Shown: positions 57,497-64,000 of the stretch, piece by piece
How the letters are laid out: every line of letters starts with the position of its first letter
Position numbering within the stretch: position 1 is the first letter of the stretch
Assembly (NCBI GenBank): GCA_044892505.1
Contig: CM097882.1
Span: 22,444,001-22,508,000, forward strand
Source: Schmidtea nova
Lineage: Eukaryota
Reading direction: 5' to 3'
DNA: 64,000 nucleotides
The notes under the pieces: generated by a model
Told to the model about the DNA's origin: nothing
Databases searched by the model: none
Seen by the model: the letters and a program-made list of their open reading frames with translations, nothing else
Position numbers and translations under genes: made by a program

Positions 57497-57934
57497 TTAA
57501 TGCCAGAACTGTATATGGAGAATGATATAAATTGATGTTGAGAAAATAGCGATCACAGCAGATTTTCTTTTTGCAATTAATCTACTGAAATTTCCATTAA
57601 GATATACTTTGAAGCGATCTTCAGGTGGATTATCGTCAGAGACACGCGAAAACATTAACACGATTGTCTTTTTTAAGTCACGAAGATAATGAGAACATTC
57701 ATTTGAATTGAAATAATTCCCATGGCATCTAAGAATGAAACTTGTGGTGGCTTTTTTCATATTGTCATAATCCGTCCATATATCGGTTTCATTTGATAAC
57801 TCGTTTCCCGTTGAACCATTACACATCCTAACAATATCATTTGTTATTGATACGCGATTTACATAATCAAACAATTTCCAATTTAAATTCAAATACCACC
57901 TAGTTCCAATTCTAAAATCCGCTAAAAACCTCAA
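57497..57934 (-). CDS. Hypothetical protein in the Polinton
   Basis: 145-aa ORF at the head of the minus-strand block; start uncertain; no motif. Confidence 0.45.
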   Translation of the reverse strand: MRFLADFRIGTRWYLNLNWKLFDYVNRVSITNDIVRMCNGSTGNELSNETDIWTDYDNMKKATTSFILRCHGNYFNSNECSHYLRDLKKTIVLMFSRVSDDNPPEDRFKVYLNGNFSRLIAKRKSAVIAIFSTSIYIILHIQFWH

Positions 57935-58030
57935 AAAAAATAATAATCTCAGAGTTAAAAATCAATTTCTCAAAAAACAACAATATTTTAGAATAATCCA
58001 TTTAATCCCGAATCAATTTCCAAAATTCTT

Positions 58031-58191
58031 GCGCACACAGGCGCAAAAACGAGACACGTCACACAAACGCGCACACAGGCGTGAGAGAAGTTCCAACCGC
58101 AGCGCACACAGACGCTGATAACTAAATAAATACATAAACGCGCACACAGGCGCGATAAATTATAGAAAAATTATCAACGCGCATACAAAAG
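58031..58191. repeat. Five GCGCACACAGGCG-type motifs at 33-39 bp spacing in a divergent intergenic region
   Basis: Copies at 58031, 58069, 58102, 58140 and 58179 (last degenerate). Confidence 0.85.
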
Positions 58192-58265
58192 CATAAAAAA
58201 CCAACACACCCAGAAATCATCAGATTAGCAACATAAATTATAAGGGTAAGACTGATGTATCTCAC

Positions 58266-58601
58266 ATGAATTTTCCAAATAAGAAACCACAGCAAATTGT
58301 AGATAGAAGTGGGAAGTATCCAATAATATATTTTAAAACAGGTAGATTTAGAATAATGGGATGCAAGGAATTTATTAACGATGAAAAGGTAAAGCTTTAT
58401 GATTTAACAATCCAATCAATTACTGTAACGGCAGGCTTCGGATTTAGTTGTAATTTAAATTATTTGGCTAAATTAATAGAATGTGTTTACGAGCCAGAAA
58501 TATTTCCAGCTTTGAGATATATAAAATATAATCCCGTGTGCGGTTATATATTTGCAAGTGAAAAAGTAGTTATATTCGGATTAAAATTAAGGACTATTTA
58601 A
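58266..58601 (+). CDS. TATA-binding-protein-like protein (compact, both repeats); frame open from about 58197
   Basis: Repeat 1: ISNINYKG...IIYFKTGRFRIMG; repeat 2: IQSITVT...CNLNYLA...YEPEIFPALRY...IFASEKVVIFG. Confidence 0.8.
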   Translation: MNFPNKKPQQIVDRSGKYPIIYFKTGRFRIMGCKEFINDEKVKLYDLTIQSITVTAGFGFSCNLNYLAKLIECVYEPEIFPALRYIKYNPVCGYIFASEKVVIFGLKLRTI

Positions 58602-59369
58602 ATATTGTTAATAATATAATTATAGATATAAAAACAATTATTGAAGATAAAGCTTTTGTTGATTTCATATTAACATGTGAGCCATGATTGCAATAAACCT
58701 GCAATATAAATGCACGATTCTGATATGTTCAGTATGTATTTCGATTATAAAGACATGTTATGCCTACTCGAATTTGATTGCTTGATTGTATGTTTCATTT
58801 TCTTGTGTGTTACTATGGTATATATATATAATGAACATTTCACAATAATTTTTAATTTAAAATGTGTCTCAAAGCCACTTTGGTGAAATATGGTAAAGTT
58901 TCAAATTTATCATTTTTTCATTTTTATAATATTTATCTTTTAGATAAATTGATGGTACTATTATCAACGGTAATGTTGACACTAATCTACACGGCTCCGG
59001 AGATGCTCCCGATTAAAATTTTATCAATCACCGGGATTGATATAAAAAATATTGTTGGATCACCTGGCCAACTTGGACATGGATATTCCGTACATTGCGG
59101 AAGACATTCTTTGTGCATACCAATGCGGGGTTTTTTTATTGTCTAAATCTTTATCTTTTACTAAGTGTTGAGTATTATTATTATTATCATCAATTTTTAT
59201 TTGAACGCGTGGTGTTACAACGCTCGTGCAATGCATACTGTTATCTGGCTTTAAGACAGGGAAGTGACAACGCGCGTTTCATGCGCTCTGAATGCTTACT
59301 GTTATCTGGCTCACACACAAGGATATGACCATCATGCTCACCCTTCAATTACCTTTTGTTCGATATCTA

Positions 59370-59841
59370 TATAGTTTTTAAAAATTTTAAACCTCTCACC
59401 CGTTAAGGGTATGACTACCATACACCTTCGAAGGTATCACCATCATACTTAACTCTCAAATACCTTTCAAATGATATATAACGTGTAGGGTTTAAAAAAT
59501 CTAAAAGTCTTAAACCCTTTGAAGGTTCAGGACCCTCTATAAACCTTCGAGGGTATGACCATTGTATAGACGTCTCAAATACCTTTCGAATGATATCCCT
59601 GTTTGAAGGTTTGAAATTATTTAACCTTTGGAAATTCAATTTTAAAATGAGCCATCGATGACGTCATAAAATTCAACTTTGAAATGAGTCATCGATGAGT
59701 CGTATTGATGAGTCAACGATGATGTAATTTATGAGTCATCCCGGGGTGGGGGTAGGGGTGACTCGTGTTCTTTGTTATGAGTCATCGATGACTCATATGC
59801 CTTTGTTCTGTGATGAGTCAGATTGCACACAACTGTCTACT
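59370..59841 (-). repeat. Right Polinton TIR
   Basis: Inverted homolog of 49138-49460 carrying extra internal segments; ends ...CTGTCTACT. Confidence 0.9.
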
Positions 59842-60222
59842 GGCAACACTCTAATTGAGATCTAAATAGTCAAAATTGTTTGGGGCCTGCCAAATAGCTA
59901 GAAAACATAAAACCAGTTTTATGAATTAAAAGAAAATAACCCAAAAAATGAACCAAATTTGTCGCAGAAACCTAACAAGAAGCTAAAAATAAACAGATTA
60001 AAGGAGTAATGAATTACCGAAGTAAAAAAAATAGTCCTTAGCACCTGAGGGTTGATGAGCCAAGAGATCTAGAACAAAAATATAAAATATATTATAAAAA
60101 TAACAGATAAAAGTACTTTTTATTAAGTAATTACCCGAAAAAACTGTACCACCAAGTGAAAAAAGTAGAATCTGAAAATTAAATAAGGTAAAATTAATTA
60201 AAATAATTAGATCTACTGTCAA

Positions 60223-60272
60223 GGAGGCCGGATCCTGTTTGGTCGGTTCAGCCAGCATGATCAGTATATAAA
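60223..60272 (+). promoter_or_regulatory. Hairpin + TATA promoter-like module, cassette copy 2
   Basis: GGAGGCCGGATCCTGTTTGGTC...GATCAGTATATAAA aligns with 51276-51326. Confidence 0.55.
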
Positions 60273-61353
60273 TTTCACGGAAGATTGATTTACAGTAATT
60301 ATTTTGCTTATTTATGCCTTCATGATTTCATTATAATTGTAATTGGTTATTGTTATATTAATATGATTGTTGTTTGAATTACCTTATGTTATTTTATATA
60401 TTTACATGATAAATTATTATAGATTTTTTGGCGCTACCTCTGGAGCTAAATGCTACGAGGGCGCAATCCGGGTACGTGGAGCTCAGTAGTTAAATACCAC
60501 AGTGAGTGAACTTAACTCTATTTATTTTAATGAATGGTAACTACCTTAATAAACGGGTGGGAATTCGTAGCGGGGTGCAGAGTGTTTGGACATGGTCACA
60601 CAAGTTTTTAATTAGCCTCCTGTCAGCACAAGCTATTCACGTTAGCATCACACTGATCGCATCGTATTGATTTAATATTGAACACATTACGTTAGCGATA
60701 TATTCAGATACACATAGAACATTCAAGGGGTGTCTCAGTAATGGTGTTGCATAAGTTACACAGGATAGCGAATTTCCGACGGAGCTTGATCAGTACGTGA
60801 CCAATTGAAATCTAAGATTTGGTCTACTTACTCGCGAGAAATGTGTACAGTGGATAAGGGGAAAATGGGAAAATTTGTGAGTTAAACGTTGGGGAAAGAA
60901 TGGTTAGCGACTTTCGTCTATTCACGTGAAACCCGAGAGGCTCGGATAAATACCCCAGGAAGATGTCTCTATCTAAAGATTTGGAACCCTTATAGCATTA
61001 GTTAAATCGACAATGACTGTCAATAAATTGTCAAATTACATGCACTTAAGGCCTATTTTAATTTGTTACTCGACAAGTCCCACTGAGTAAATGCTATATT
61101 AGAGGACATTCACCATTCAGTTTAGCCCGCTAATACATATTAAAAAATGTTTTATGATTATTGAAAGGTTATATCCACACCAATAGTCCAACACTCCACG
61201 AAAATGCACCAAGTGGTTAAACACGTTTTTAACATCGGGGTAATTAAATAATAGCATTCTCTAGAATAATTCTCTGATTAAAATAATCAATGCGAAAAAC
61301 CACTCAATATGTTTTGTGTTAAACTGATCAACGGTTTCAGAGCATAATCAATC

Positions 61354-61872
61354 ATGAAAATGACAAGGAGAGCTAATAATTGCCGAAAATCAATGTCAAA
61401 GAATCGGGGTAGGAAGAACGAAAAGACAAGATATAATGAGTGGCACCTAAGCCCTCTCAAGAACCTTCCGTTCGAAATACTGCAGGAGGTGCATCAGCGG
61501 ATATGACAGTGGAGAAGAGAGTTTGACACAGCCTGCCCGTTCACTGTGTGGGACTACCCACGTCACCATGTGTGGTATCGCGGATGTCCCAGTTGGCCGA
61601 TCATTTCCCGCGAATACTTTGAACCTGGATATGCAGACTGGTTTGTTCTGCTCCTGAACGAAGACGGGTTCCCAACCTCAATGATTTATTGGAGATAAAT
61701 CCATAAGGTGACACTGAAGGAGACTGGGTTCAGCTTCCTCACAGCAATCCGTCCGTTACGAGAGGCTCAAAAGAAGGCTATGACCGTTTCAACTACTTCA
61801 CTCAACCCCATCCAGTCAAATTTGCAAATAAATTCCATTTTCTCATATCGAAATAAACTATCAACGAATTGA
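61354..61872 (+). pseudogene. Cassette ORF A, copy 2 (two in-frame stops)
   Basis: MKMTRR...LKNLPFEILQEVHQRI*QWRREFDTACPFTVW...YRG..W...G.PT.MIYWR*; stops at 61504 and 61696. Confidence 0.7.
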
Positions 61873-62006
61873 AATAAATTTTGTTAATAAATGTATTATG
61901 CTGAAAGTTTAGTCTTCGTTACTATGTTATATGATTACCAGACCTTATTTATTATAAAATAGTTACGATAACCTTTCAATTTTGTTTTGCTTAATGTAGA
62001 ATTGAA

Positions 62007-62587
62007 ATGTCAACCACAGTAAGGAGATCAGATAAGTTATTTAAACAAAACTAAGACCGTCGAGTGTGGGAATTACAGTAGCAAATAAAACAACTCACCG
62101 CCGCCAATGAGGAATTGAAACAGAAATGGTTCACCCCGGAACAGATGAAGACGCTGCTGATGAAAATTTCTCGATTACAAGGGGCGTTAACGGAGACCAA
62201 ACTGAACTAGACGTGGTCCAGACCAAACTCAGAAACTGTCTGAATACCGTGACAAAATCGTTTATTGACACTGAGCTCAGAGCCCTCATTAGGCCAATCA
62301 CGGCTCAAAATGGACAGCAACGGTGACGAAGGATATCTCAGTCGGAATGGATTGTGAAGGTCTTCCACTTACACCTACAGCTTCCTCGCAACTCGAGTCA
62401 CGACCTTCCGCAAATCCGATTATGTTTCAACCACTGCCAAAAAAACGTTGACCTGTTCAATAAAAAAACGATTGAGCGCTAAGCAAAGGTGGCGCAAACG
62501 CGAATTCGCCCGGCAACTAGCTGTGTAAGTGATTACCTGAGTGAACTACCAGAATTAAATCTTTTAGACGAAATCGTGTTAATTTAA
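62007..62587 (+). pseudogene. Cassette ORF B, copy 2 (stops and frameshifts)
   Basis: KWFTPEQMK, KLRNCL...IRPIT and KKRLSAKQRWRKREFARQL fragments are collinear with 52085-52519. Confidence 0.65.
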
Positions 62588-62783
62588 TAAAAATAAATAA
62601 ATTTGTAAAAACTGTTCATGTTGAGTTGTTTCTCGAGTCTTAGATAGTTTTCTTTTAATAATTAAAGACTGGAGCGGTTGGGGTAGTAGCGGACACACAA
62701 GGTCAGGAATTCATTGAGAGTATGAGGCAAAAGTAAACTGGGCGAAATAAGAGTTAATAGGAACGAACAGAGAGAAAGAGATA

Positions 62784-62999
62784 GCGTAAGACCTTACATC
62801 GGCAGCGCGAACCCCTTGAGGAGAATAAATGGAGAGTAGCTTCACCTGTCCATCATTTTTCCGACACCATGTACATTTCCAACCTAGCTACTTAGGGAAT
62901 ACTTAGGGGTATACGAGTGCAGTAGATGTCTTTATGTAAGGTTGCGGGTGAGGTCTCCCTAGTGCACTTAACTAAATTTCAAAGTCCATCCATAAACCC
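62784..62999 (+). ncRNA. Candidate structured RNA motif, copy 2
   Basis: Same block order; the GCAA hairpin is deleted and other stems covary. Confidence 0.65.
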
Positions 63000-63730
63000 A
63001 TCAATAGTATGGTAGTGTTGGGCAAAAACTACAAATTGTTTTCTTAAAGCGATAACCCCATAGGTAGAGATCGCGCAAGATTCCATTTTAACCCAAGCAT
63101 CCATTAAAAAATCCAAACGATTAAATGGAAAACACCAAAAAGTGAAGTGGACTCAAATCACATCAACCAGTAGAGGACGCGCTAGCTGTGAGTCTGAAAG
63201 CCCTTACATTGAAACCTTGAGAAAAATTAAATGTCGTCAAAAGAAGAATGTTTGAAAGTTAGAATAGGCGGAAAACCCATTGAAAATACCCATAAAAAAC
63301 GGAATTGTGTTATAAAACCTTCAGTGCAGAAAAATTAACAAAATTTTAGAAGAAAATTGTGATTTTATCAAAATATTTCACATTAACAACAAAAAGAACT
63401 AATATTGATCGAAATATCGTAAATTAAATCAAATCGAACAAATTTCGATTCAAAAATAAAACTTTTGAATTAAAATAAATTATTTGTGTTTTATAAAAAT
63501 TTATTACACAAAAATATGGATTTAATTTTCGGAAAATCATTAGAATTAATTTAGAAAAATTAAAAAGAAAATTCTAGAACAATTTGTTTTACTACACTAG
63601 TGAAGGTAACGCAAAATCGATGGTATATACCGCCATCAAAATGGCAATAATCAGAATTTGTAATATTTTCCAGAAAATTTGTGAGAATTTGTTAAAAATT
63701 TTCTCAAAAAGAAACTTTCCCGAGAATTTG

Positions 63731-63845
63731 TTGTAAACTTTCCGAAGAATTTCAGAATTTAATTTCAGAATTTAATTTGTAAACTTTCCGAAGAATTTCA
63801 GAATTAAATTTCAGAATTTAATTTGTAAACTTCCCGAAGAATTTG
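63731..63845. repeat. About 2.5 x 46-bp tandem repeat
   Basis: TTGTAAACTTTCCGAAGAATTTCAGAATTTAATTTCAGAATTTAAT units at 63731, 63777 and 63823. Confidence 0.9.
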
Positions 63846-64000
63846 TTCTAAAAATTTCTTTCCGAAAAAATTGGAGTGGACAAACGTAAGGGTTAATTTG
63901 ATTTTTTTGTATTATTATCTTTATTGGGGATTGGAATGGTCATTCATCATGCCTAACGATCATTCCGTTCCTCGCCCTTTGTTATTTAATATGTTATTTA

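Larger units (their letters stand above)
49138..59841. mobile_element. Decayed Polinton/Maverick (adintovirus-like) integrant, about 10.7 kb
   Basis: Long TIRs starting AGTAAGCAG (49138) and AGTAGACAG (reverse complement at 59841); 6-bp flanks GGCAGC (49132-49137) / GGCAAC (59842-59847); ATPase, capsid and protease remnants inside. No pPolB or integrase recognised. Confidence 0.88.

Noticed and set aside
58031-58191. CRISPR-like repeat-spacer array
   Set aside because: Repeats are only about 13 bp, there is no cas gene, and the context is eukaryotic/viral; kept as a regulatory array.

Overview
AT-rich eukaryotic window with short (about 36-80 nt) GT-AG introns and no recognisable housekeeping, rRNA or tRNA genes. 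The host is not determinable from sequence; the profile would fit a parasite genome such as a microsporidian, myxozoan or orthonectid (inference). About three quarters of it is decayed DNA transposons: Merlin, hATm, pogo/Tigger, piggyBac, Charlie/Buster MITEs, MULE, Helitron-like, Chapaev3, maT DD37D, and two related Ac-type hATs with perfect 8-bp TSDs, one with an intact 677-aa ORF. Two orphan multi-exon genes lie among them. The last 15 kb is the most interesting. A decayed Polinton/Maverick (49138-59841; AGT-starting TIRs rich in AP-1/CRE sites, 6-bp TSD GGCAGC/GGCAAC) retains a packaging ATPase, capsid C-terminus, adenain-like protease and a TBP-like gene. An unclassified cassette occurs inside it and again just outside it, with a partial third copy inside: hairpin+TATA promoter, short 5' module, two orphan ORFs, and a roughly 200-230 nt RNA-like motif whose three diverged copies keep base pairing by compensatory change on the + strand. 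All alignments and folds were done by eye; no database searches or folding programs were run.
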